DNA of 64,000 bases. Source: the human T2T-CHM13v2.0 reference genome, Homo sapiens. Where the stretch lies: NCBI RefSeq assembly GCF_009914755.1, contig NC_060929.1; one strand, written 5' to 3'. Both the position numbers and the translations under genes were made by a program. Every line of letters begins with the position of its first letter. Position 1 is the first letter of the stretch. Under the pieces are notes generated by a model. The model was not told the DNA's origin and did no database searches. It saw nothing but the letters and a program-made list of their open reading frames with translations. Positions 40,372 to 53,068 of the stretch are shown here, in pieces.

Positions 40372-41896
40372 ACTTGGATAATTCCCTCCAAATAACAAAG
40401 GAGATTAAAAGAGGAGGTTGAAGGAGTCCCTTAAATTCAAATTCAAGGTCATAATTCTAAAATATTTTATCTAAAGCATTTAAAAAACAAATTCAGCAAA
40501 AGAATTCTGGATTTTCTGGTTAAATCTTTTTAAAACATTTGAAAACAAGTTTATGAGAAAATACATTTAATGTAATTGCAATCCAAAGCTGAACCGTTAG
40601 CATCCCCTTAAATTATAAAAATGGGGTGATTTTTTTTACAAGTATAAATAACTTACACTGAGTAAGCTGTCTGGTTTTCTTTATGGCCTCCAAGAAAAAC
40701 AAAATGGAGCCACGTACGTTCACTTCATCCTTCAGTAATTCTCCTCTAGCCTCATCACAGGGGACTTCTCATTTCCGTAGCACTAGAGTCTATTTTCATT
40801 AAAAGAAACTATTCCTTCCTTCATCTTTAAAACATTAACTACCTTCTTGTATATATACCAGATTCACTTAAAGAACTACAGCTAAAAGAAACCAGCAACT
40901 ATTTGCTTCTATTCATGCTTTTGTATTGGCATAAGCACTACCTCTTTTCCCCTCCAAGGTTATCTTTTCTTTTTTCTTTGCATATTTCCCAGGAGCTCTG
41001 CACTAAAGCATAAACTTTCACATTAGAGAAGTGAATAATAAAGCAGACACCAGAGGAATACATATGCTGTTTGAAGAGGCTTTCTCACCCAGCCTCCTTC
41101 ATGCTTGCAGACTCATACCCAGTGCAGTTGACAATTTTAGTTCACTCAGAATCCATTGTATATTCTTTTCCATAAACATACACATCTTTGTATGAGGAGA
41201 AAGTGAACCAAATCGAGAACATTATTAAAGACACAGGTAATAATATGCGCTGTAGAGCCTTCTAGTATGCTGAGTCTCATTTGGTCCTCCTTTTGTGGCA
41301 AGCATAGCCTGGATTCCCACCTCTGTTTTACAGGCAAGGAAACTGAGGCTGGCGGTGGCAATGTAACTTGATGTTTCTCCTTTATAAAGTGACTAAGTCA
41401 GGATTCAAACCCAAGTTCAAGATCCTTTTCTGTACACTATGCTTCTGAATCTTACAGCGTTGGGGAGGGGGGAAGTTTTCATGTAAAAGAAAAGGACAAC
41501 AGACATATTTACATTTACTTTGAATAATTGCATGAAAAAAGGAGCTACCAACTGGTAGTATCTCTAGAACAACATTCTACAGCACACAACAGAAAGCTAT
41601 ATAATTTTGCATCATGTTATGTACTGATCACACTAGAGCAACAAATACTAAAATGAAGATTCCCAAACAACTTGGCTTGACAATCACAGCTTCACCACCT
41701 CTTAATATTCACAATGTGCTACTGAGGGCTGTTTGTTCTTTATCCAACATAGCCTACTGCAATAAATTCTTGTTTCTCCAAAATACATTTAAGGGATGTG
41801 GTGCTGCAAATAATTGAATAGGCAGGTTAGTGGAGACTACTAAATGTAGTAACATCTCATTTATTTCTGTCTCTGTCCAATTTTAAAGCTCTAGAA

Positions 41897-42113
41897 CAGA
41901 GTTTGGTAAACTCTTTTGTAAAAGGTCAGATATTAAATACTTTAGGCTATACAGACCATATGGTCTCTGCGGGAACCACTCAATTCTGCCCTTACAGTGT
42001 GTGAAAGCAGCAGTAGATGACATATAAACAAATGAGCATGGCTGTGTTACAATAAAACTTTATTTACAAAAAACAGATTTGGCCTACAGGAAGTAGTAGT
42101 TTGCCAACCCTTG
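41897..42113 (+). mobile_element. MER58A hAT MITE with 8-bp TSD
   Basis: catatggtctctg...gagcatggctgtgttacaataaaactttatttacaaaa...gtagtttgccaacccttg; TSD ctctagaa (41889-41896) and ctctaaaa (42114-42121). Confidence 0.85.
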
Positions 42114-42619
42114 CTCTAAAACATAACCCTCACCCAGAAGGAAAAAATGCAGTCACGTCTTATTTACTCTCAGGGGAGAACTGACACCCTGAGTGACACC
42201 TATTCTCTCATTTTATACATAGGTTTTAGAAACTAGGCTATTTTCTTGCTTACAGCCTATAGCAAAATAGGAGCAGGAATTTTAAAGCAAGGGTACTAGT
42301 ATAGGCAGTAGACTGAAGTCCAAACCCTTAGAACATCGCCAGAGGGCTGATGCAGTAGAGCAGTCTGGGCCAGTTAGTGCAGGGGCAAACACTCTTCCTA
42401 AATCCCTTCATGTCCTCTTAATTATCTCAGTATCACCTCAATCAGTATCACCAAAGGAAGATTCCATTTAATCTCTCTAAAACAGAAGAAACAAAGATAC
42501 AGGGATCCTTTTGTAAAGACCCATGAAAACTGGCTATATCTAGAAGTTTTGAAACTGACTGAATAAACTTCAGCTATCTAGAAAATATATTTTGTGAAAT
42601 AATCAGTTCCCCAAATAAT

Positions 42620-42885
42620 AATAAGATGACAAACATTTATAAAGCACTATGAGATATGCATCATTCGAAGCAATTTTGAAATTAATATACGTAAAATGTA
42701 AAGCATTTTACGTATATTAATTTACTTAATCTCTACAACAACCCAACCAGATAGGTACTATTGTTATCCCATTTTCCAGATAATTAAATGGAGGTACATG
42801 AAGATTAATTAGTTTGTCCAGAGTAACTCAGGTACTAAGTGGCAGAGCTGGGATCTGAACCCAGGCAGTCTGGCTCCAGAGACCA
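42620..42885 (-). mobile_element. MIR containing a perfect palindrome
   Basis: taggtactattgttatcccattttccagat...aagtggcagagctgggatctgaacccaggcagtctggctccagag. Confidence 0.8.
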
Positions 42886-42893
42886 CAGAGTTA

Positions 42894-42966
42894 TGGGTTG
42901 ATGCAAAAGTAATTGCAGTTCTTGCCATTTTCATGACAAAAACCACAATTACTTTTGCACCAACCT
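42894..42966. mobile_element. MADE1 (Hsmar1-derived palindromic MITE)
   Basis: ggttgatgcaaaagtaattgcagttcttgccat / atgacaaaaaccacaattacttttgcaccaacc are the two MADE1 TIRs. Confidence 0.9.
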
Positions 42967-44339
42967 TTTGCACCAATAATTGCTACACTATGCTGAGGCA
43001 TTACTTTATACCTATATGTGGACTGCCTTAGTTCAAAGACTAGAAATATAATACATATACTTAAAATATCTATTAAATAGAATATAATCTTCAGAATCTT
43101 AAAACTGAGACATATCAGTGTTTTCAGTGCCTCAGGGTGAAGAATGCAAGTGCCTATTATTATTGTTCAGTTTCACCAAAATAAAAAGATTGCTAGGATG
43201 TCAGATTGAGGATATTTTACTCTTTTGGTGTTGTATTTTAAATTGCTTTTGGAATGAGCTAGGGAAATAAACAACAAGTAAATGGAGTTATGGGAAAATT
43301 CTTTTTAGGCATTCCTAGTCTAATCAGATAAATATGAGAATGTGACATGAGTTCGTGCTTCTATTTTTTAGGTCAGGATATGAAGATTAAAACAGTTTCT
43401 ATTTGTTGTCTTTATTTCTTAAGTAGCTTGATTGTAAATTTGGTTTATAGGAGGAAAATAATTTGGTTGTTAAAATAGCTGAGTTTATTATTGGCTTAAC
43501 ACCCAACAAAAATATTTTAACCTACTATATCCAAGATAAAGGACTAAAATTGGTTTGACAGGCTTATGACTTTTATTGAAACTGATGTTTTATTAACAGA
43601 AAATTAACAGATTTGGAGAGATTTTTTAAATAGAATAATCTGAAAAAAAATTGTTTACTGAGAGGTAACTGTGTTTTTTTTTATTTGTGATATAAATACT
43701 TTTGTTGATCCCTAGAAGTTCAGAGTGGAGAAAAATCTTCTAGCTTCTGAAAAACAGAAACTATAAACCAAGCTTATGTTAGATGCACCATTTGCTCAAC
43801 TCCATGCAAGAAAAATTTCTCCAAAACCTACCTGTACACTTACTTTATAGCAGTTTTCCCCAATAAGAAGTTAGCATTTACTGCAAAGTTTATAAAATAC
43901 CCAAGGAACTATGGAGAATGAATGAATTTTGATTAGCCATTTCATCTTCCTTGACAATTGTTCATTTTCTCCCCACCTTTTTATAAAACTACAAAGCAAG
44001 GGATTCAAATACCTGACATAGAAGAGGATGGGTGAGGTAAAGAGAGAAAAATATCCCAGGACTACTTTTTCACTATAAGACATAAGTATTAAATCATAGC
44101 AATCTCTATAATCACAATGTTCAGTGATATTTTAATAGCCTTGGAAATTTTTTAACATATGGATCAAGAATTTAAAAGTAAAATCATTTTCCTAATTTCT
44201 TCCAGATGGTAAATATTATAATTTTTTTCATTACCTTATTGGTTACAAGGCATAGATTCTACATAGACATACTGAAGAACAGTAAGGAAAGAAAAGAGAA
44301 AAGAAAAAAAGGTATGGCAGAAATAGCTTAGTGGATCAT

Positions 44340-44704
44340 TGTTGTGGACTGAATGTTCATATCGTCCCAAAATTCATATGCTGAGATCTAATTCCCAATG
44401 TGTTGGTGCTTGGAGATGGTATCTTTGGAAGATAATTAGGTCATGAGAGTGGAGCCATCAGGAATGGGGTTCGTGCCTTTACAAAAAGAAGCCAGAGAGC
44501 TAGCTCACCCTCTTTCTGCCATGTGAAGATAATAGGAGAAGTCAGCCACTTGCAACCCAAAAGACAGCCCTCACCAGAACCTGACCAGGCTGGCACACTA
44601 ATCTCAGAATTCTAGCCTCCAGAACTGTAAAAAAAAAATAAATTTCTGTTGTTTATAAGACACCCAGTTGATGATACTTTGTTACAGCAGCCTGAACTAA
44701 GACA
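44340..44704 (+). mobile_element. MLT1A MaLR solo LTR nested in an older MLT1 LTR
   Basis: tgttgtggactgaatgtt...caaaattcatatg...tagcctccagaactgt...aataaatttctgttgtttataag...gaactaagaca; approximate TSD atcat/atcac. Confidence 0.85.
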
Positions 44705-45045
44705 ATCACCAAACCAACTTTTTATTCTTCCCAGACACAAATAGGACTATAGCCCCAGCTTCCCTTTCACTATATGGGGCCATGTGACCAAGCTCTGGCC
44801 AATAGAAGGTGAGCAGACTTCTATGAGTTTTCTCCTTTGCCAAAGCACAGACACCAGGAAGCTGGTCGTGACAACAAGGTGATAAGAGTGGAGTCACAAG
44901 AACACTGCTTGAATGAATGAGAAGAATCTGCCCATCAAGAATACTCACTTTAGGCTTTGATTGAGTGAGAAATAAACTTCTCAGTTAAGTCAACAAGATT
45001 TCAGATTTTATATGTTATGGCAGTTAACATCACCAAAACTAACAT
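44705..45045 (+). mobile_element. Older MLT1 (I/J-like) LTR; its short 5' piece lies at about 44313-44339
   Basis: ggggccatgtgaccaagctctggccaatagaa...gtgagaaataaacttc...gttaagtca...tgttatggcagtta. Confidence 0.6.
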
Positions 45046-45469
45046 GTAGAATCTAATAAGGATATCTAAAGCTCTGGAAATGTATTTCCTGGAATGGTAC
45101 AACTTTATTCCTTTCTTGTTGATTTTAGATTTTATAACATAATTGTATATCTCAGATGTTATTACCATATCTTCCATTAAATATCATGTTTGTAGATAAT
45201 TGTCCTAGCTGCAAAATATATAGATGCTTATAAATTTTGTTTTAGCAATTTTAAGTAGCAATATATATTGTCAGTACATCCTAAACTGAAAGGGCAGAGA
45301 TCTGGATTCTAGTTCCAGGTACTCTAGGTTCCTGTCACAGTTCTACTGTATATGAAACTTAAACCTGGTAACATCTTGGTTCCACCATTTATTTGTCAAA
45401 TATGGTAACTGAATTAAATAAGGCTGGAGACTCTAAAAAGTAAAATTTTATAAGAAAATTTTTATGTTT

Positions 45470-45640
45470 CTTTTCTGGGGGTGGGTGGGGGACAGAGTTT
45501 CACTCTGTTGCCTGCCCAGGCTGGAATGCAGTGATATAATCATGACTCAACTGCAGCATGGAACTGACAGGCTTAAGTGATCCTCCCACCTCAGCATCCC
45601 AAGTAGCTGGGACCACAGATGTGAGCCACCACACCCAGCC
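45470..45640 (-). mobile_element. Alu monomer (FRAM/AluJ arm)
   Basis: gacagagtttcactctgttg...cccaggctggaatgcagtg...tgatcctcccacctcagc...gagccaccacacccagcc. Confidence 0.85.
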
Positions 45641-48600
45641 AAGAAAATTAATATATTTCTACCCAGTACTTTTTGCATATACTACAGATTGGTCATTCCT
45701 TCATTATTAACATAGAAAATATTTTGAGGAGAAAAGTAGCAACCTCATAATAACCCTTTTTCTTTGAGAATTATCCTAAAAGTTCTGCCAACATGAAATA
45801 AATGTCTAGTAGGTTATAAGCTCCTTGAGGAAACCATGTATTGTTCATCTTTGTGTTTCTAGCACCTAACTCCTGATTTTTGCTGAATAAATAAATTCCT
45901 ATTGAGAAGTTAAAAAAAAACATTATTTCACTATAGTTTTAAATTACTGAAGAAGTGTTCTTATCCAATCACCAAAGGCACAAAAAAGTCAGGTCAATGG
46001 CCCTAGATCCAGTTTTCAAATACTACTACAAATGAAATTGTTTCATTCCTAGAAAGTTCTCTCATGAATTTCTGGGTGAGCTGTGTGAGATAAAAGTGGA
46101 GATAATCCACTCCATTTTAATACGTTTTACTTATTGTGATTCCTCTATAATTTCTTCTATCTTTTAAAAAGGGTTCAACAGGTGAAATGGGGAACTGCTT
46201 TAGCATAACCAATATTGCTGTTAGGAAATCATCAAACTATAACAGCAGTGAGCTGAAACCACTGAAATGTAGGATGCAGCTATGGACATTATTCCAAAAA
46301 GCATAATGATTTTCTGAAGCAGAACCACCTAAAAATTTGGGATTCAAAACTGCTAATTGATCTTTCAAATCATTCAGAAGGTCATTTTGACCATTCATTG
46401 CATCCCTGAGATGAAAAGACTACTAGGAATAAGCATCACCTCAAAACCTACATAATTATTTCCTTAGCAAAATTTAATAATGAGAGTCAAGACAGGAATT
46501 AAAAAAAAAAAAAAAACCCAAGAACATCTGTCAGTCTAAATTTCCTAACCCACTTTTTCCTGTGAGGAAAATATGTCCTCTAAAACTTCGTCATTGGCAG
46601 CTCCAAATGTAGGCTGTGAAGGAATGCTTATCTAACTATTGGCTTAGTGCTGTATCTAAGTGGAAAGAAAGCTTAACCAACAGGAACATTCATCCTGTTT
46701 GAGGGAAGCAAACATAGCTTAGAAAGTTAGTCAATCCAATCAATAAGAAATATATCTGATACTTTCCATTTTAAAAATTGAAAATTTGCAAAGAATTTTT
46801 ATTAATATACTGATAATTGTTGCAATATGTAATATTTATACGACTATGGCACATGGAAGTTTACTAAATATGTTTTCACATACAATGCCACATTCGTTTA
46901 TCACAGTAAACCTATCGGTATTTTTAATACTCAAGTAATAGATGGATCAGCATTGAAGCTCCAATGGGAGCTTCAATGGGAGCTTAAACAAATGTAAGGT
47001 CCAAAAGCCTTCATAACATTAGGATCAAACAGTGAAGATTTTCTTTGCTTCAAAAGTTTTGTCCATTACTGGGAATATGTTTTAGAAGTAAAGAGTCCTA
47101 ACCCTAGCGTGATGAGCTACAGTCATAATAATAGTGTACATGTACAGCACATTACAAATTACACATTACAATGTTCTTTTGACAAGCACTTTCTCATTGT
47201 GATGTGGATATTCACCAATCTAGTAAAATACCAGAACATATATCATTATTTTCATTTTAAAGACATAGAGACTGAGGCTTAGAAAACGTTTCATGGCCTG
47301 AGCGTGGTCCCGTTGACTCTAAGATTAATTCACCAAAATGTTCTGCTTCTTGAAATCAGATATTAGAGGAACACAGTTATAGTTAAGTTGGAATCACTGA
47401 TTGTCTTGAAATTAAATGAAAGCTCCTCTTCTACCAGTGTCTAGCTCCACAAAAGGAGGGACTTAAAGAAATGTAGGGCATTTAACTCCTTGGTGGTGTG
47501 CTTTTTCTGTGGGAAGAGGGACATTTGTTTCATTCGTTTTGTTCTGCTTTTTTAAAAACATGCTCAAGGTAGACAGCAACTCTTTTGAAAACACAAAGTA
47601 AGAATTATTAAATTCTTGGGCAAGCTGAAGAAATCAAATCAGTCCTATATATAACACAGGAAAAACGTTGGAGGGAAGAGCAAATTTTTCCAAAAACAAA
47701 ATTCACCAAAAAAAAAAAAACCCACTGGAAAATGTAATTCAATCAAAAAATTATATTTTCTTCAATTTGGATTTATGTCTTTGCTTCAGTAGGTAGTGTT
47801 AATAGTCTCCAAATGCCAGTGTGTATTCATGAACACTTAGCAAGTTCATGATGTGATACATTCCTTTTTGGATACATCTTTCGTCAAATCCATCTGTCTA
47901 TGGCAGATATGCATAGTTTTACAGAACCTTATCTGCAAAAGAACTTCCACAGTTAGACAAAAATGGTTTTAGAAAATTGAGAGGAGTGGATAGAAGAAAG
48001 ATCAACTATTGCTGTTTGGGAGATTTTTTTTGCTTTCCCCACCATGCCTTGCCCCCAGCCCACTGTCCACTGGGCACCTGGCACCTCTAGACTCCATTTC
48101 TTAAAGCTCTGTTCTTTCACAAGTAAGAGATATGACTCTGGCATCTCAGGAAGAACTGAAGTGATGGAAGTCCCAGAGGAAAGTACCGATGCAAGACGTA
48201 AATACTCCTAGTATACACCCACCAGAATTTCCTTGAGCCTTGGTTTTAAACATCCTCTGAATTATATAGGCAGCTGATTAATGTTTGATAATTAAGCATT
48301 TTTATGTGATTCATCTCAATAAGAGCCCAAGCAAGGTAATGTAAACAATGAAGGCATAAAAAGGTGGAAGGAGATGTGAATACTACACCAAGTGGGCCAC
48401 ATGGACCTAAGGAAAAAGAGGAGCTGAGTTGAAGTCAGGAGCTGATTCAGATAAAGCAGCTTCAACTCTACTACTTCTTACTCTTAGATGGGCTCCAGAC
48501 CACCTTGAGGGATGGGATTATATTTATTTTATAGATGCACTCCTTTCTCCCACTAATACAGTCAGTTAGGAATGTATAGCTAAGAATGAGCCAACCATTA

Positions 48601-50253
48601 CTATTCGTGTCTATGGCTACAGAAACTCAATAAATCAACTCACTATTCTGGGTCAATAAATGAACTCATTATACTGTTTCTTCATGAAGTAAATGTGTTT
48701 CTAAAGGAATGTATTAAAATTACATTTTTAAAAATCTATGTATTTTGCATATATTTGATTGATACAGAAAAGGAGTCTACGTTGGCTACTTTTCTTTCTT
48801 TCTACAAACTTCATTCATTGGTGTGATCTGAAAGGGGATAATATTTCAGAAAGCAAAAATATTTTTAACAACAAAACTTTGTATTTCCAGTGTGATCTAA
48901 ACACAAAATTATGCAAAACACAACTAATATTTCTCTCCTACTGGCTAAATCATGCCAGTTGTTTAGGTGCAATCAAAAATAAGCCACTAATGTTATTTTT
49001 ATAGGAATTGGCAAGTAATTGCCAACTATAGCTATTAAAAGTTTATATTTGCCACAGGAGCCTGTGATTTTAAATACTGTTCAAATGATTTATGCTTGAG
49101 AGTTATACATAGCACAAATACATACATTTGTATCTACAGGTCTAAAGAGGAAAAATTAGACAAAAAGCAACTTGAAAAGGAACCCCTTTATTTTTAATGA
49201 CCTACCTTTGTGCTGTATTGAGAAAAAGTATAAAAATTATTTGGGAGGAAGAAAAATATTTCTAAGCACTAATTTCATAGGCAAAAGCCCTATTATTTTT
49301 TATGATAGGCTAGGGGAAATCAATAATGATTTAAAAGCAAACAGTAAACTGCTCACATTTACCAGTCTATACTCAGTATTAATTCTACCCTGCAGTGTAT
49401 GCTATAGAAGGTAATGAAATGCTGATGTTTTCTGGTTTTCCACTTCAATCTGCTCCAGCTTTATCCTAAACCTTGTCAGCAACAGAAGTTACCCCCCAGC
49501 AATCATACAAACCTAATAACGGCTTCCCTGGCTTAATTTGATCTGCTCCAATCACAAATTCCAATCCACATACTTTCTTCTGTTATGGTTGTGTCTGTAT
49601 GTGTTTAATGTACTTTTTATAAGGCTTTTTTACAACAAGCGCATGGTTTTTCATTCAGCCCTCTACCACATAAACAGAACCACTGAAGAGCATTTTTGTT
49701 CATATAAAAATGTTTTAGTTATTCATAGTGTATGTCTTCAATTGGCTGCAGATTACAGTGAACAAAAGTATTGCTGCCATCATTTTACATTTCTCCTGTT
49801 ACTGTGCCCTATCTGCTGTGTACCCCTGTCCCCAAAGCATTTATTATAATATTTGCTGCTTGCTCTCAGTTTTGGACTGAGATGCTTGGGGGTGGGAAAA
49901 CTTAAAACTTGCCTGACTCAAGTGCTCTCTAAGCTTTGATCCCAGCATCCTGCTTTAACCTGCTCCTGTTGGACCTCTGCCACTTTACTGACCCCATAAA
50001 ACAAACAGAGCTAGCAAATGCATCAAACAGCCTCCTTCAAAATGCAGCTTGACTGTGATTCATGGCACAAAGCTGGAATAACCCTGCCAGTTCTTAGAAG
50101 CTTTAAGATTCATCGTCTTGAACTTGATACACATAGTATAGCACCTTAAAAACGAATCATCTGCTAGTTCAGTATTTTCTACTTACAATCACTCCCTCCC
50201 AGGGCATGTAATTAATTTACTGAGCTTAAAAAAAAAATATCAGGATTACTCAC

Positions 50254-50410
50254 ACAGTCTTGAAGATGCAATGTCAGCTATTTAGGACAGAAACATCCAA
50301 GGCCGTGTCAGAACTCAATTACGACTACATATGCATTAAGGCAGGAACTGGCAGGCCTCAGGGTACGCCAACTATAGGACTCGTGCTTCTCGTACGCTGG
50401 GCTATAATCT
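50254..50410 (-). other. PDE4D: Non-coding first exon of PDE4D (PDE4D7-type); TSS approximate
   Basis: Donor TGT|GTGAGT at 50254/50253 lies inside PART1 exon 1, consistent with the recalled overlap of PDE4D7 exon 1 and PART1. Confidence 0.7.
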
Positions 50411-50445
50411 ATGAAACTGAGCTCCAGAGCCAGCCAATCACTTAG
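50266..50445 (+). CDS. PART1: 59-codon small ORF in PART1 exon 1 (historically proposed PART1 peptide; translation unproven)
   Basis: ATG at 50266 in aagATGc context (A at -3), TAG at 50443-50445; no recognisable domain. Confidence 0.3.
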   Translation: MQCQLFRTETSKAVSELNYDYICIKAGTGRPQGTPTIGLVLLVRWAIIYETELQSQPIT

Positions 50446-53062
50446 CTCCTCATAACAAGTCTAACTGGCTCTGGAAAGCTGAAAGGGCTGCACTGGAACA
50501 ACACAGATGAGATATTCTACACATTAATCTACTTATCTGGAATCACTTTGCCTCTAAAGGCCAGAGAAAAATCACAGCTTCCTTGTCGGAGGGGAAAAGG
50601 ACAGGTGATCTGGGGAAAACGCAGCTACACCTGGAGCAAGGTCTCTTCCCGGCTTGGCAATCTCAGCTGTGCCGGCGCTACGGGACCCGAGCCGTCCCAG
50701 AAACCAAAGGGCAGGCACGGCAGCAAACGCCTGAGGTAATTTTCATCTTTCTTTTTATTTTTAGTAGAATAATGCAGACTGAAAGTGATAAGCATAAAGT
50801 CGCTGAGGCAACTAGATATGCTTCGATTTTATTTTACATTTTCCTATTCTAATCGTGTGCAGGATCATTTGTTATGAAGTCTGAGGAGGGGGAGAATTAA
50901 TGTACCTGAAATAAACTTGAAACTAAAACGATCATTTGTGGAGGAAAATACAGGATTTTCCAGAACAGTTTCAGAGCTACCTTTGCAGATGGGTAGGCTT
51001 TTCACCCACCCACAGAAAGAAGAGTCAACGGGGCTGAGACAGGACAGGGATGGGTTTCAGGAGCACAATTAAAAGTTTTTCGTATCTTAAAGAAAATATC
51101 TATGTTCAGAGAGAAAATTGAGAAGATAAGTTACTGCCCAGTTCCTCTGGTCTTTGACACTTAGACCACATAAGAATGTTCCATGGTAGAAGGGTTGGGA
51201 CAGAGAATCTTAGGAATCCTAAGAGAGAATCAATACTGCTCCCCTACCCCAGGTTTTTCTTGTTTTCTTTACAATAGTATCCTTATTTCCCATTACATTT
51301 TAGTGTTAGTCATACCAATTACTTGTTACACCATACTTCTACATTTGCAGTTATTAAAGGATCTGCAGAAAACATTTTAAAGTCAAAATGATTATAGAGG
51401 CAACTAAAATAAGAAAGCAAAAAAATATGTGAAACTGACATACACATAACCAGAACACCACACCCCTTAGATACTTAATGTACTTAACCCAATGACAAAT
51501 CCTTCCAAATCCTTAGCAAATTGTCTGTTTCTTTAATACATTTTGTAGCAAGTGTAACATTAGCAACGAAGAAAAACTTTGGCAATAAACTTGTACATAA
51601 CTAAATCAATCCTTATGCTTTCATAGTGACGATAGAATATACATAATATTTTATTTGTTTTGTTGGACTTATAAAATCCTAAGGCAAGAAGCTGAGAAGA
51701 AAATTTTGCTTTATTTAGTGGTGACATATAAACAGTAACAGAAGAGACATTTATGCACTTTTTTTGGCTGTAGATAATTGACTGAATTCAACTTGAGATT
51801 TGACACCAGAAAGAAAAACGTTGCAATAGACAGAAAACAGAAAAAGTAATCCATTGGCAATTTCCCCCCAGGGTTTGTTCTTTGAATTGTCCAATCTGTG
51901 ACTAGCCAGGGAAGAATATTTCTGCTCTGTTTAAATAGTTTTTATTTAATTAAACCTTTGTTTATTTGACAGTGCTGCTGCCTTCGGTGACTATATGAGA
52001 ATGGAAACTTCTAAGGAAGCCAGGTTGTTAGAATTGTTACCCCCTTTACTCAGAGATAACATAGATTATCCAGGCTGAGATGGAAAACAAGCCCTTTATT
52101 GAATTTTCAACACAGACTCCCTGCTTCTCATCTCCTTAATAAAATTTCATTAAAATCCCCTTGAACTCCCATGTTCAAATCTCCATTTGTTGACAGACAA
52201 AGCCAACAATACTCTAAACTGAGGCCTGCAAGTCATTTCATTTGTATTTTTGTCCAGAAATTTCCCATAGGAAGACTTCACCTCCTACAACTCCGAAGAA
52301 AACCCTTACTGTCCAAGACCGTCACCAGCAACCATCCGCAGTCATTCAAGTGGAAGCTTTCACAGCTTTTGTACATTCTCTGTGTCAATATACAACTGAG
52401 TTACAGACTGTCCCCTGGCTCCCTGACCCTTACAAACACTAAAAGTTTTGTTTGACTCAACTTCAAGCTGCTCATCTGTTAGTAAGTGATGTTCACTCCA
52501 GAACACATTCATGATGAGAACTTTCTAAAAGACCAGCACTGCTCTTCCCCTCCTATAATCATAATAATCATGATAACCTGAAACATGTTACTGGGACTCG
52601 ACATTTTTCTGGGGATTGAAATCTTTAGTCCTTGGAGCTGTCACATAGCAGGGGCAACCTCACACTGAAACAAAGGAAGTGATGTCCCATTATTATCCAC
52701 CCTGAGCCACCATAATATGCTGTTTACATTTATTTTCTTCAGCCTGTGCAAAACAAAGCAATGGAAAAGGAAACTAAAAAATATACATACTAGTACCATT
52801 ATCTTCTTTTGCCTAAAATTACTAATGCACCACGTCAGTCTGCTTCCTTCAGGCATCATTCTCAATTCATCAGGACTTGTATTAGCAGGTTCTGGCTAGA
52901 GAGACTATCTCCTGTCATCACGATCAATTAATGTTTTCTGGTGATCACATCAGGCCCTATCTAAGAAGCTCATGGTATACAAGGGTCACCCAAATAGCTG
53001 AGTGCAGTCCTTGCTCATATTTCCTTCATCTTAACCCCGCAAACAAGAATTAAGATGATCCC

Positions 53063-53068
53063 AATAAA
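53063..53068 (+). terminator. Proximal polyadenylation signal AATAAA in PART1 exon 2
   Basis: Canonical hexamer; use is inferred. Confidence 0.5.

Larger units (their letters stand above)
49900..50800. promoter_or_regulatory. Overlapping promoter region of PART1 (+) and the PDE4D7-type transcript (-)
   Basis: Repeat-free stretch with the highest local CpG density outside repeats (about 50300-50400 and 50640-50730) and splice donors on both strands; forkhead-like motifs upstream (gcaaaca, gtaaact near 49337-49350). Exact TSSs cannot be read from sequence. Confidence 0.65.
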
